From the NCBI GenBank assembly GCA_965203555.1, contig CBDBCY010000004.1, positions 2,848,001 to 2,912,000 of the forward strand: DNA of 64,000 bases, read 5' to 3'. This DNA is from Acidimicrobiia bacterium. Lineage in GTDB: Bacteria > Actinomycetota > Acidimicrobiia > Spongiisociales > ZC4RG35. Under the pieces are notes generated by a model. It saw nothing but the letters and a program-made list of their open reading frames with translations. It had not been told where the DNA came from and searched no databases. The position numbers and the translations under genes were made by a program. Below are positions 29,145 to 39,346 of this stretch, piece by piece. The first letter of the stretch is position 1; every line of letters begins with the position of its first letter.

Positions 29145-29250
29145 AAACAGTGTGAGCATTCCGCTCATATAGGGCGGCGTCTTCGGGGGATGCAGCCGAC
29201 CTGCAGAGCACCGACGGGGTTGTGGGAATGCTGGCCACGCCTGCTCCGCA

Positions 29251-29365
29251 GCGTTCGCAACCGTTCGTTTAGGCGTTCGCAAACCGTTCGCAAAGGGTTC
29301 GTTTGGGGTGTGACCTGGGGAAACACCAACTCCGAAGTGGCAGGGTTTCGCAAACCATTCGCCGC
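29251..29365. repeat. cluster of short GTTCGCAA(A)CC direct repeats
   Basis: gcgttcgcaaccgttcg, gcgttcgcaaaccgttcgcaaagggttcg, gggtttcgcaaaccattcg. Confidence 0.5.
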
Positions 29366-29898
29366 CCGGGTCCCTCGTGATGTGTCGTAGGAGTATGCGA
29401 CGAACGCTTCGGAGAAGAGCACCCGAACGCGCTCTCGAACCGGCCTGCGCCGCTGCGAGGTTGGTGGGTGGTTGCCCACCGAAATCTGTTGTGGGCAGTC
29501 TTTAGTGCAAACGTGTGGTTGAGATACGCCCACGAAAAACCGCTTTTTCGGATCGTTCCTGCGGTCTTTCTGGGGGTGCAGGATCTGTCCGTTGTGGCCA
29601 TGTTCACCGTGACGGACTGGACCTCGGTGTTGTGCTGTCCGGTTTAGGACGCTGTTCACTGTTTGGTTTCTTCTCCAGCTCTTGCGGGAATAGTCCCGCA
29701 GCATTGTCCGGCATGCTTCCTGGCATCTCATGGTGGGGTTGGCTGGTTGTTCCTCTCGTGGCGGTTTGCTGTCGGACAGGCGGCGGGTACGAGTCTGGCT
29801 TGTCCCGGCGTTGGTGATGGCGATCACCGATGGTGTCTCGTTCCGCTGGTGCGTCTTTTCTCGGTATCATGTCTGGACAGGTTTTGGAAGGGAGCGTG

Positions 29899-30741
29899 AT
29901 GGGGCTGCGTTCACGGCTTGGGACTCTGGCGGGAGAGTGTGTGTCCCTGTGTGAGCAGGAGGATTGGCTGGGAAGCGAGACCGGAACACTGAATTATCGG
30001 CTTCTATATTCCAGTGTGGAGAGCTTCGAGCAGGGCAGTGGGTTCGCGATAGTGGGGATGAACCCGGCAGGTGGCCCCCAGCACGCCGATCCGGATGACG
30101 CTGTTCGCCCGTTCCGCGACCCCCGATATTCGGCTTATTTGGATGACCGTTGGGGCGCGGAGGCGGGCGCGGCTCGGTTACAGCGTGTGATTCAAGCGAT
30201 AGCCATGGTCTGTGTGGGTGCGACTCCGGGTGAAGCGCTGGCGGTTATAGAGGACCCGACCCCAAGTCCAGAGGGGCGTCTCAACCCGAAGGCCATGTCT
30301 TTCCTTCGGAATACGCCGTCTATGAACATCGTTCCTTTCCGGGCTTCGGTGCTTGCGGATGTTCCGCCGACTCTCCGGGAACGAGGCGAGGAGATTGGTT
30401 GGCGACTGCTCTGTTCAGCTCGTCCCAGGCTCCGTTGCATCGTGACGCTGGCGAACCAAGTTGGTGGAGTTCCATGGAGGACGATTCTGAGAGAAAGTGG
30501 TCAGCGCCGGCGGCCGGATTACGAGGAGACGATCAACAGGCGCCTGCGCCGCACCTACAGAGAAGTTCAGCTAGTGGGAGGACCACTCGCCGGAACTCTG
30601 GTTGTCGGCCTGCCTGCCATAGTCCGGGACAAGTACAGACGCGACGTAACGAAGCCGCTGTTAGAGACCCTCCAACGACGCCTCCACCACCACGGGATCC
30701 TCGGAGCTCCCACCAGCCCCGGGACCTCCAAGAGGCGTTGA
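29899..30741 (+). CDS. hypothetical protein, possible UDG-superfamily fold
   Basis: IVGMNPAGG motif, NIVPFRAS. Confidence 0.55.
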   Translation: MGLRSRLGTLAGECVSLCEQEDWLGSETGTLNYRLLYSSVESFEQGSGFAIVGMNPAGGPQHADPDDAVRPFRDPRYSAYLDDRWGAEAGAARLQRVIQAIAMVCVGATPGEALAVIEDPTPSPEGRLNPKAMSFLRNTPSMNIVPFRASVLADVPPTLRERGEEIGWRLLCSARPRLRCIVTLANQVGGVPWRTILRESGQRRRPDYEETINRRLRRTYREVQLVGGPLAGTLVVGLPAIVRDKYRRDVTKPLLETLQRRLHHHGILGAPTSPGTSKRR

Positions 30742-31710
30742 CGCCGACAAAGCCCGGTGCGCCAGGTGTGTGGATTGGACAGCCCTCTTGAATTGCCGAC
30801 GGAGTTGGGCTAACGGCGGTGCTGAATTGTTGCTATGTAATCTGTCCAATAGGTCGGGCAGGTTCCATTTGAGGGTCGTCGCCTGGCGAGCCATATAGAT
30901 ACCGACTTGCTTCAGACGGTATTCGTCCTCGTAGTCCAGCAGGACATAGCCGATCAGTTGGTACAGCATAGTCTTGGTGATCGCGGGAGTAACGGTCGTC
31001 TTGACTTCCAAAAGACGATTGCCCAGAATCAAATCTGCATCAGCTCCGCCGATATGGACACTGCCTGAGAACGTCGGGTTCAGGGTGACGGGATCGGATA
31101 GGCGTTCCTTATAGCATTCATAAAACGCTTTTGACAATGAACATAGATCGTCTATCCACAGGTCGTCAGCGATCCCGAGCAAGTCACAAACGGACGACAT
31201 GCGCTCTGCAAACAGAAGATTCCCGGGATGTGGGTTGATCCGGCGCATCTGCTCAAAGAGCGCCAGAACAAAACAGAACCTATTCAGCTGTCGCTCCCGA
31301 GCAGTCCCTAGCTTTCTCCCGCTAGGGCCGATCTCCCCAACAAAAGCCTCCAGTTCGACGAAAAAACCCTCAACCAAAGTCGGCGCGAGACTATACGTCT
31401 CTTCCAGTCTCCGCCTATGCAACTGCGCACCCGTCCAAGCAACCAGATCCCTATAGGGAGTAACCGCGAAATAGTAACGCAAGCGATAATCTATCGCCAT
31501 CCCCAAGTCCCCAAACGGGACAGGCCGATCCGGCGATTCTGCAGGACGAATGGTTTCAGTCTGACCCAGTTTCTTGTTTTGTTCCCGAACAAAACCACGA
31601 GTGTTAGGCGAGTTGTCGTAGAAGAACCTGCGTATCGCATTATCAGCCATGTCGGGTGAACCCAGACGACGATGACGCGAGGGCTTATCCAAATAGGAAC
31701 TCAAAGACAC
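30661..31710 (-). CDS. RecB-like PD-(D/E)XK nuclease
   Basis: GADADLI..LLEVKT..YQLIGY. Confidence 0.7.
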   Translation of the reverse strand: MSLSSYLDKPSRHRRLGSPDMADNAIRRFFYDNSPNTRGFVREQNKKLGQTETIRPAESPDRPVPFGDLGMAIDYRLRYYFAVTPYRDLVAWTGAQLHRRRLEETYSLAPTLVEGFFVELEAFVGEIGPSGRKLGTARERQLNRFCFVLALFEQMRRINPHPGNLLFAERMSSVCDLLGIADDLWIDDLCSLSKAFYECYKERLSDPVTLNPTFSGSVHIGGADADLILGNRLLEVKTTVTPAITKTMLYQLIGYVLLDYEDEYRLKQVGIYMARQATTLKWNLPDLLDRLHSNNSAPPLAQLRRQFKRAVQSTHLAHRALSASTPLGGPGAGGSSEDPVVVEASLEGL

Positions 31711-31939
31711 ACCTACGCTCCTCTCGCCACCCAGAGACTCACTCGCCCCCGATTTCCTTTCGCTGCAAGCAAGATCCGCGACCGCAAAATCGTAGCAGAC
31801 CGAGCTCCGCCCTCAGCTAACCCGCGAGCAGCTGCACGCTTGGCCGGTGGTCAATCCCCAATGCGGGTGTTGTTTCCCAACTTCTCCTCTAACTCCAGGT
31901 GACGGCCGGGCAGACCACCACCGGCTTAGACCGGCAGGG

Positions 31940-32494
31940 CTACGCCCAGGCCTCCACCCGGTCGGCCAGATACATACTTACGTCCTTGGCCAGATCCAAA
32001 GTGTCGCACAGCTGTTCGCGTCCCATCACCAGGTCGACCAGGGAGATGTGAACTGTCCCGGTGATCATCAGGCGTCGCTGAGTGGAGGAGCCAAGCGGTG
32101 CGTACGAGTCGATCGCCTGCACCTCGATGGGCAGGGACACGTCCCCGATTCCAGCCAGGTCGGTGGCCAGCACCAACAGGTCAGGCGGATTGGTGAGTGG
32201 GGGAACCGACCAGTTGAAATACATGTGCAACTGATAGATGTCCTCGGGTTCTTCGAAGTCGTCCTCCATCTCTTCCAACCGGTCGATCAGAGCCAGAAGG
32301 GCCCGCGGCTCCACATCCAGCGACAGGTGCAGATCGATGGGCAGGCTGCAGGATTCGGCGGGGTGCAGGTCCACTTCCCAGGATTGGCGTAGCGAGTAGG
32401 TCTCCACGAAGTGCCGCTCGTCGTGTATGTGGAAGCCGTGCTTTGTGGCGTGCTCTTTGACGTTGTGAATAAAGCCGGCGATATCGATGGACAT
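31940..32494 (-). CDS. conserved hypothetical protein
   Basis: 184-aa ORF with host-like codon usage. Confidence 0.7.
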   Translation of the reverse strand: MSIDIAGFIHNVKEHATKHGFHIHDERHFVETYSLRQSWEVDLHPAESCSLPIDLHLSLDVEPRALLALIDRLEEMEDDFEEPEDIYQLHMYFNWSVPPLTNPPDLLVLATDLAGIGDVSLPIEVQAIDSYAPLGSSTQRRLMITGTVHISLVDLVMGREQLCDTLDLAKDVSMYLADRVEAWA

Positions 32495-32652
32495 ATGTCC
32501 AAAGAGACTACCGCGCTCCCCGAAGCTAGGGTTCAGCCAGCCTTTTGGATAGTTTCGCGACCGGTTCGGGTTGCAAAGATCGGTTTTACGGATTGCGCGG
32601 GTTCGGAAAGCCGTAACATTGAGGAGCGGTTGATGGTAAGAGGGATCTTTCG

Positions 32653-33666
32653 ATGATCATTGTGATGAGACAAGACGCCACCGAGCAACAGGTGCAGGTG
32701 GTGGTGAACCGGCTGGAGTCCATAGATTGTGAAGCTCATGTCTCCGTGGGGCGATTCCGGACTGTCATCGGAGCCGTGGGCGACCGCCAGCAGATCCTGC
32801 AGTTGCCGCTGGAGGCTCTGGCTGGAGTTGAAAGAGCGGTGCCGGTTATGAGACCCTTCAAGCTGGTCAGTCGAGACTTCCAAGAGTCCAACACCGTAAT
32901 CGAGATCCGGGGGGTGCGCATCGGTGACGGCTCGTTCACGCCCATCGCCGGGCCCTGTGCGGTGGAATCCCGGGACATTCTGTTCCACACGGCCGAAGCG
33001 GTGAAAGAAGCCGGCGCCACGGTTCTGCGGGGGGACGCCTTCAAGCCCCGCACCTCGCCGTTTTCCTTCCAAGGCCTCAAAGAGAAGGGGTTGATGCTGC
33101 TGGCCGAGGCTCGGGAAGAGTTCGACATGCCCTTCGTCGCCGAGGTTCTGGACCCCCGCGACGTGGAGTTGGTGGCCGGCTACGCCGACATGCTCCGCAT
33201 CGGAACCCGCAACATGTCCAACTTCGCCCTGCTCACCGAAGTGGGGCGATCGGATACGCCCGTGATGCTGAAACGGGGTTTCACGGCCACCTTGGAGGAG
33301 TGGTTGAACGCCGCCGAGTACATCTATAAGGAGGGCAACCAGGACATCCTGATGGCGGAGCGGGGCATCCGCACCTTCGAGACGGCATCCCGAAACACAC
33401 TGGACATCACCGCCGTGCCACTGCTGAAGGAACTCTCCCATCTCCCGATCCTGGTCGATCCCTCCCACTCCTCGGGCAAGAGGCAGTTGGTGCATCCCCT
33501 TTCCCGGGCTGCGGTGGCAGTGGGCGCCGATGGGATAATGATCGACGTTCATCCCGCTCCCGACACAGCTCTGGTGGATGGCGCCCAGGCCATTCTTCCC
33601 CAAGAGTTTGCCGAGGTGATGAAGAGCATCAGAGATATAGCCGAAGCTCTACGGATTCCTCTTTAG
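32653..33666 (+). CDS. aroF: DAHP synthase type I-beta with N-terminal regulatory domain
   Basis: IAGPCAVES, FKPRTSPFSFQG, LKRG, ERGIRTFE, DPSH. Confidence 0.95.
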   Translation: MIIVMRQDATEQQVQVVVNRLESIDCEAHVSVGRFRTVIGAVGDRQQILQLPLEALAGVERAVPVMRPFKLVSRDFQESNTVIEIRGVRIGDGSFTPIAGPCAVESRDILFHTAEAVKEAGATVLRGDAFKPRTSPFSFQGLKEKGLMLLAEAREEFDMPFVAEVLDPRDVELVAGYADMLRIGTRNMSNFALLTEVGRSDTPVMLKRGFTATLEEWLNAAEYIYKEGNQDILMAERGIRTFETASRNTLDITAVPLLKELSHLPILVDPSHSSGKRQLVHPLSRAAVAVGADGIMIDVHPAPDTALVDGAQAILPQEFAEVMKSIRDIAEALRIPL

Positions 33667-34695
33667 ATGCCGTCCGCCGCGGTGGTCGGCACCGGGTTGA
33701 TCGGCGCCTCGGTCGGGATCGGGCTCAACGTGGCGGGCTGGAAGGTGAGAGGGTGGGACGCCAATCCGAAACATCTCGCCCACGCGCTCTCCATCGGAGC
33801 GGTGGTAGCCCCTGCCACCAGCCTGGAGGATGCCGTGGAGGGTGTGGAACTTGTGGTCCTGGCCGCCTCCCCCAAGGGCATTGTCTCCATTCTGACCGAT
33901 TTGCGCACCGAGGCGTTGGTAACCGACGTCGCCGGCATCAAGCAGCCGATGGTGGAGGCCGCCTCCGGCCTTTCCCGCTTCGTGGGCGGCCATCCGATGG
34001 CGGGTCGGGAGGTAGCGGGTCCCCTCAGCGCCAGTGGTGATCTGTTCCGGGGCGCCACGTGGGTGCTGACCACCGACCAGACCTGCCGGGCGGATCTGGA
34101 CAAGTTATCCGAAATCGTGCGGTCCCTTGGCGCCCAGCCGGTGGAGATGGCCGCTGCCCAACACGATTATCTCGTCGCACTGGTCAGCCACCTGCCCATG
34201 GTGCTGGCCGCTTCCCTGGTTGAGGAGTTAGGCGCTGCCGGACCCTCGGCCGACGCCATGGTGGCCGGAGGGTTTCGTGACCTCACCCGCATCGCCCTGT
34301 CCAGTTCCGACTGGTGGGCCGATCTGCTGGTGGCGAACCGACGGCCGTTGTCATCGGTGCTGCGAAAAGTGTCGGCGGGTTTGCAGGAATGGGCGGAGCA
34401 ACTGGATGCGGAGGCACGCGGGTGGGTCACCGGCCTGCTGGGATCGGCGCGGCAAACCCGCACCGCACTCGCCCCGCCGGTGGAGGGTGTGGGGGTGCTG
34501 CTGGAGGACAGGCCGGGAGAGATCGCCCACGTGGGACGGGCTCTGGCGGTGAGCGGAGTGGATCTGCGGGATCTGCAGCTTCGGCACGCCACCCACGGAG
34601 GTGGAGGAGTGCTCACCCTGTCGGTGCGCCCCGAGGAAGCCGCCAGCCTGCGGCAGGCGCTGGCCGCCGAGGGATTCCGGCTACTGGGAGATTGA
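33667..34695 (+). CDS. tyrA: prephenate dehydrogenase with C-terminal ACT domain
   Basis: GTGLIG, GGHPMAG, HD..VSHLP, GGFRDLTRIA, EDRPGE. Confidence 0.92.
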   Translation: MPSAAVVGTGLIGASVGIGLNVAGWKVRGWDANPKHLAHALSIGAVVAPATSLEDAVEGVELVVLAASPKGIVSILTDLRTEALVTDVAGIKQPMVEAASGLSRFVGGHPMAGREVAGPLSASGDLFRGATWVLTTDQTCRADLDKLSEIVRSLGAQPVEMAAAQHDYLVALVSHLPMVLAASLVEELGAAGPSADAMVAGGFRDLTRIALSSSDWWADLLVANRRPLSSVLRKVSAGLQEWAEQLDAEARGWVTGLLGSARQTRTALAPPVEGVGVLLEDRPGEIAHVGRALAVSGVDLRDLQLRHATHGGGGVLTLSVRPEEAASLRQALAAEGFRLLGD

Positions 34696-34708
34696 CGGAC
34701 CGCTTCGG

Positions 34709-35890
34709 CTAGCTGACGATCTGTTGTGTCAGGAGACTGAGCACCGAAGCAACTCCCGCCTTGATTCCCGTATCCAAGCAGGCTTCGTCAATCTGGAACC
34801 ACGCCGAATGCAGATCTCGCCGATCCCCCTCTGTCATGGTGCCCAGCCTCATCATCAAGCCCGGCGCCCTGTCCAGGTAGTAGGAAAAGTCCTCCGCTCC
34901 CAGAGACGTGAAGGTGCTCACCACCGCGTCCTTGCCCAGCATCTCCACCAGCGATCTTCTGACGGTGTCGACACAGGAGGGGTCGTTGTAAACCGGAGGT
35001 AGGACCGGCTGCCAGATGGTCTGCGCAACCGCGCCCGTGGGGACGGCAATCTCCTCGGTCAGGCGGCGAATCAGATCGGGCAGCAGCTTTCGAGCCCCCG
35101 GGTCGGGGGTACGGCAGGTTCCGCCCATCACCACCTCGGTGGGGATCACGTTCTCGGCTTTGCCTCCCCGGATGGTCCCGAAAGTCAGCGAGAAGGGAAG
35201 GCGGGGATCCACCCGACGACCCAGCAGCCCGGGAAGTTCGGTGAGGACCTTGCCGGCCGCGTAGAGAAGATCGGCGGTCAGGTGAGGCCGTGCGGTGTGC
35301 CCTCCCGGCCCCTCCAGCACTATCCTGACCCGGTCGCTGGAACTGGTGATGGCGCCTGGCTTCAACCCCACCTTCCCCAACTCCAGGGTGGCGTCCACGT
35401 GGAGAGCGGCGATGGCGCGCACGTCTTTCAGCACTCCTTCCTCCAGCATCTCCGCTGCTCCGCTGGGAAGTGATTCCTCCGAGTGCTGAAAGATCACCCG
35501 CACCCTGCCGGGCAGTGGACCCAGCCGGTTGAGGACCACCGCCACGCCCAGGCCGATGGCTGCATGAGCGTCGTGCCCGCAGGCGTGCATGACCCCGGGG
35601 TTCTCGGAGGCGTAGTCATTGGAAGGCGGCTCCTGGATGGGCAGCGCGTCCAGATCGGCGCGCCATGCCACTACGGGGCCGTCGGATCCCACCTCGGCGA
35701 CCAACCCGGTTCCGGACGGCGAGCGAACCCGGGCTGCTATCCCGTGGACGCCGAGCGCCTCCGCCAACAGTGCGGTGGTCCGAACCTCGGTGTGCGCCAA
35801 CTCGGGGTACCGATGCAGAGTCCTTCTCACTTCGATCACCTCGTCGATGACCTCCTCGACAGCCTTTTCGATCCGGCTTTCAGACACCAT
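34709..35890 (-). CDS. M20 family amidohydrolase
   Basis: LHRYPEL, RADLDALP, MHACGHDAH, GAEDF. Confidence 0.9.
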   Translation of the reverse strand: MVSESRIEKAVEEVIDEVIEVRRTLHRYPELAHTEVRTTALLAEALGVHGIAARVRSPSGTGLVAEVGSDGPVVAWRADLDALPIQEPPSNDYASENPGVMHACGHDAHAAIGLGVAVVLNRLGPLPGRVRVIFQHSEESLPSGAAEMLEEGVLKDVRAIAALHVDATLELGKVGLKPGAITSSSDRVRIVLEGPGGHTARPHLTADLLYAAGKVLTELPGLLGRRVDPRLPFSLTFGTIRGGKAENVIPTEVVMGGTCRTPDPGARKLLPDLIRRLTEEIAVPTGAVAQTIWQPVLPPVYNDPSCVDTVRRSLVEMLGKDAVVSTFTSLGAEDFSYYLDRAPGLMMRLGTMTEGDRRDLHSAWFQIDEACLDTGIKAGVASVLSLLTQQIVS

Positions 35891-35970
35891 ATCGGTAGGA
35901 AGGCTATCGCCGGCAAGGACATCCGGCGAAGACGAGGCAACGCCCGCGCCATGGCGCCCCCGGCGGTCGC

Positions 35971-36333
35971 TCAGTTGACGCCGCCGCCCAGCAGGATGCC
36001 GATCCACAAGAGCGTCGCCCCGGCGAATGTCACCGGGACGGTCCTCCATGAAATGCGGGATGGCTTTGCTCCTGACTCTTCGAGGGTCTCCACCATCCAG
36101 GTGGAGAAGGTGGTCAGGGCGCCCAGCAGGCCGGTTCCCAGCACCACCGACGCGTCGGGGTGGAGTTGTCCGTTATGGGAGGCAGCCACCACCGCTCCCA
36201 GGGCGAGTGAGCCCACCAGGTTGACCGCCATGGTGCCGGTCCCCACCGGTGTGCGACCCGCCAACCAGGCAGAAACCAGCCAGCGGATGACCGCACCGAT
36301 TCCACCGGCCAGGGCCACTGCCAGGATCACCAT
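35971..36333 (-). CDS. crcB: fluoride channel Fluc subunit
   Basis: GGIGAVIR, GTMAVNLVGS, GALTTFST. Confidence 0.85.
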   Translation of the reverse strand: MVILAVALAGGIGAVIRWLVSAWLAGRTPVGTGTMAVNLVGSLALGAVVAASHNGQLHPDASVVLGTGLLGALTTFSTWMVETLEESGAKPSRISWRTVPVTFAGATLLWIGILLGGGVN

Positions 36334-36722
36334 GCCAGACTCCGGCGGCGGGCCGAGGCGGCGAGGAACAGACCGGCCAGAATGCTTCCCGCGGCGTAGA
36401 ACGCGGCGATCAGGGGACCCTGCCGGTCCAACAGGTCCAAGGCTTCCCGGGCGAAGGCGGAGAAGGTGGTCAGAGCGCCGCAGAAACCCACCCCCAGCAG
36501 CGCCCATCCCCACCCGCGCCGGGCTCGCCGCTCGCAAAGACCGGCCAGGACACCCAGCAGCGCCGACCCTGCCAGGTTGGCCGCCACCGTGGCGACGGGC
36601 ACCTCGGCCACCGGGGCGATCCAGATGCCCAGCCCGTAGCGACACAGGGCGCCGATCGATCCTCCCAAAAAAACCGCCGCCGCAGTGCGGCCGGGGCCAA
36701 GGTCGGCTGTGGCGGGGTTCAC
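36327..36722 (-). CDS. crcB: fluoride channel Fluc subunit (second of a heterodimeric pair)
   Basis: GGSIGALCRY, ANLAGS, GFCGALTTFS. Confidence 0.85.
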   Translation of the reverse strand: MNPATADLGPGRTAAAVFLGGSIGALCRYGLGIWIAPVAEVPVATVAANLAGSALLGVLAGLCERRARRGWGWALLGVGFCGALTTFSAFAREALDLLDRQGPLIAAFYAAGSILAGLFLAASARRRSLAW

Positions 36723-36821
36723 CGGCGGCCGCCGCCGGTCGGCGCCGGTTGGAGAAGTCTCATCTTCGGCCAAGATAACCGACTTGGGGTGTGGGGGCCT
36801 ACATTCCGTATTCTTAAGGAA

Positions 36822-38483
36822 ATGCCGTTTCGGATAGCAGGCGCCCAATTGAATATGGTGGTGGGCGACCTCGGTGGCAACTGCCGACGGATCCTCGACG
36901 CCATGGATTGGGCAGAGGGACAACAGGCCGATCTCCTGGTGTTCCCGGAACTGGCGGTAAGCGGATACCCGCCCGAGGACTTGGCGGTGCGGGCCGATTT
37001 CGTAAACGCCAACCAGGAGACACTGCAACTGCTTGCCCGTCGTTGCGTGAGGACCACAGCAGTAGTGGGTTTCTTGGACTCCGCATCCAACGCGAGGGAA
37101 TCGCCAACCCGCCGCGACGCCTACACCGAACGGGTGGCCAATGCGGCGGCCATCTTGGCAGAGGGACGGATCAAGGGGGTATATCACAAAAGACTCCTGC
37201 CCAATTACGGTGTTTTCGACGAGCGGCGCTGGTTCCTTCCGGGAGAGGGGCCGGTTCGTACCTGGTCGGTGGCGGGTGTGAAAGTGGGGGTCTCCATCTG
37301 CGAGGACCTGTGGACCGAGGACGGTCCGTGGAAGCAATTGGCCGAGGCCGGAGCGGATGTGATCGTCAATATCAACGCTTCTCCTTATCACCTGGGTAAG
37401 GCGGCGGAGCGAGAGGCGCTGGTGTCCCGGCGGGCCCGCCAAGCGGGATCACCCCTGGTCTACCTGAATCTGGTGGGTGGCCAGGACGAGTTGGTATTCG
37501 ACGGCGCCTCGCTGGTGGTGGCGCCGGATGGTTCCGTCCTGCACCGGTCGCCACAGTTCTCCGAGGAGCGGTTCGTGTTGGATGTTCCCCTGGCCGGCGA
37601 CAAGGCGGGGTCTACCCCATCTGTTCCCGATTGGATGCAACCGGAGGAGGAGATGTGGTCGGCGGTCACCCTGGCAACCGGCGACTATGTGCGCAAGAAC
37701 GGGTTCGCATCGGCGGTGGTGGGCCTGTCGGGCGGGATCGACTCGGCGGTGACGGCATGCGTGGCGGTCGATGCCCTGGGCGCCGACCGGGTGTGGGGCA
37801 TTTCCATGCCGTCGGTCTACAGTTCCGAACATTCCAGGACCGATTCAAAGCTTTTGTCATCCAACCTGGGGATCCGCTTCGACATGGTTCCCATCGAACG
37901 GGTGCACCGCGCCTTTTGGGACTCTTTGTCGCCGGTGATGGGAAAGGAGGACTGGGGAGTGGCCGGCGAGAACCTGCAAGCCCGGGCCCGGGGGTCCTTT
38001 CTGATGGCGCTCTCCAACCGGCACGGAGGTCTGGTGCTGGCCACCGGCAACAAGTCGGAGATGTCGGTGGGCTACTCCACCCTGTACGGCGACATGGTGG
38101 GAGGGTTCGCTCCGATCAAGGACGTCTACAAGACCTGGGTGTACCGGCTGGCACGGTGGAGAAACCGCCGCGGTCCGATGATTCCCGAGGGTATCCTCAT
38201 CAAGCCGCCCTCTGCGGAACTGCGGCCTAACCAGCTTGATAGCGACTCTTTGCCTCCCTATGATGACTTGGATTCAGTGCTGGCGATGTACATAGATTCG
38301 GAGCTTTCGGTGGACCAGATCACGGCGTCGGGGTTCGATGCGGCGATGGTTCGGCGGGTGGTGGGGATGGTGGAGAGATCCGAATACAAGCGACACCAGT
38401 CGGCGCCGGGCCCCAAGGTCACCACCAAGAGTCTGGGGCGGGAACGCCGCCGTCCCCTCACCAGCGGATGGAACCGCCTGTGA
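36822..38483 (+). CDS. nadE: glutamine-dependent NAD+ synthetase
   Basis: Nitrilase domain FPEL..ICEDLW plus GLSGGIDS, ATGNKSE, KPPSAELRP. Confidence 0.95.
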   Translation: MPFRIAGAQLNMVVGDLGGNCRRILDAMDWAEGQQADLLVFPELAVSGYPPEDLAVRADFVNANQETLQLLARRCVRTTAVVGFLDSASNARESPTRRDAYTERVANAAAILAEGRIKGVYHKRLLPNYGVFDERRWFLPGEGPVRTWSVAGVKVGVSICEDLWTEDGPWKQLAEAGADVIVNINASPYHLGKAAEREALVSRRARQAGSPLVYLNLVGGQDELVFDGASLVVAPDGSVLHRSPQFSEERFVLDVPLAGDKAGSTPSVPDWMQPEEEMWSAVTLATGDYVRKNGFASAVVGLSGGIDSAVTACVAVDALGADRVWGISMPSVYSSEHSRTDSKLLSSNLGIRFDMVPIERVHRAFWDSLSPVMGKEDWGVAGENLQARARGSFLMALSNRHGGLVLATGNKSEMSVGYSTLYGDMVGGFAPIKDVYKTWVYRLARWRNRRGPMIPEGILIKPPSAELRPNQLDSDSLPPYDDLDSVLAMYIDSELSVDQITASGFDAAMVRRVVGMVERSEYKRHQSAPGPKVTTKSLGRERRRPLTSGWNRL

Positions 38484-39298
38484 ATTCTCCCCCCATCCTG
38501 GTCAACGGGAAACCATCGGCAGAGATGGTGTTTTCTGTGCACAGTCCCACCATCCAGCGCGGAGACGGGTGCTTTGAGGTGATGAGGGTATATGGAGGCC
38601 ACGCCTTCCAGGCCGGACCGCATCTCGACCGGTTGGAGCGATCCGCCCGGATGCTGGATCTGCAGCCGCCGGACCGCGCCGATCTGGATTCCTGGGTGGA
38701 GCAGGTGGCGGACCACGGCCCGGAGGGATTGGTCCGGGTCATGCTGGGTCGGGGCCAAAAACCCGGTGACGAGTTGTGCGTGGTGATGTGGCACGATGTT
38801 CCCTACCGGGCCGACCGGATTCGGCTGCGGGTGATGACGGCGCCCTGGCACTCTGCCGGTCACAAGTGGGATCTGGCCGGCGGCAAGACTCTCTCCTATG
38901 CGCCGAACATGGCCGCCACCCGCCGGGCGGTGCGGGAGGGATACGACGAGGCGTTGCTCATCTCCGAGGACGGGATTGTCCTGGAGGGACCGGTGTTCTC
39001 GGTGGGCTGGGCGTGCGACGGTGTGTTCGAGACTCCGTCCTTGGATCTGTGGATCCTCGATTCGATTACCCGCCGGGTGGTGCTGGAGGTGGTTTCCGAA
39101 CTCGGGATACCCTGCCGGGAGGGACGGTTTGATGTGGAACGCATGATGGGCGCCGACGAGGCCATGGTGATCGGGACCACCCGGGAAGTGACACCCATCG
39201 TGCAGTTGGACGACCGCCGGTACACGGCGGGCCCGATGACCGCCCGACTGGTCGCCGGCTTCAAAAGACGCGTCCAACAGGCCATTGACGGGTCTTGA
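38468..39298 (+). CDS. aminotransferase class IV (PabC/IlvE-like)
   Basis: RGDGCFE, HLDRL, KTLSYA, ILDSITR. Confidence 0.85.
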   Translation: MEPPVNSPPILVNGKPSAEMVFSVHSPTIQRGDGCFEVMRVYGGHAFQAGPHLDRLERSARMLDLQPPDRADLDSWVEQVADHGPEGLVRVMLGRGQKPGDELCVVMWHDVPYRADRIRLRVMTAPWHSAGHKWDLAGGKTLSYAPNMAATRRAVREGYDEALLISEDGIVLEGPVFSVGWACDGVFETPSLDLWILDSITRRVVLEVVSELGIPCREGRFDVERMMGADEAMVIGTTREVTPIVQLDDRRYTAGPMTARLVAGFKRRVQQAIDGS

Positions 39299-39346
39299 AG
39301 CAGTCTTTACCACCCGAGCGGAGTATTCAAGTCGGAGGTGATTGAC

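Noticed and set aside
36725-36775. Possible fluoride riboswitch upstream of the crcB pair (GAAGATGAGACTTC..AACCG on the minus strand)
   Set aside because: The conserved 3' GCUGAUGAC pseudoknot segment is absent.
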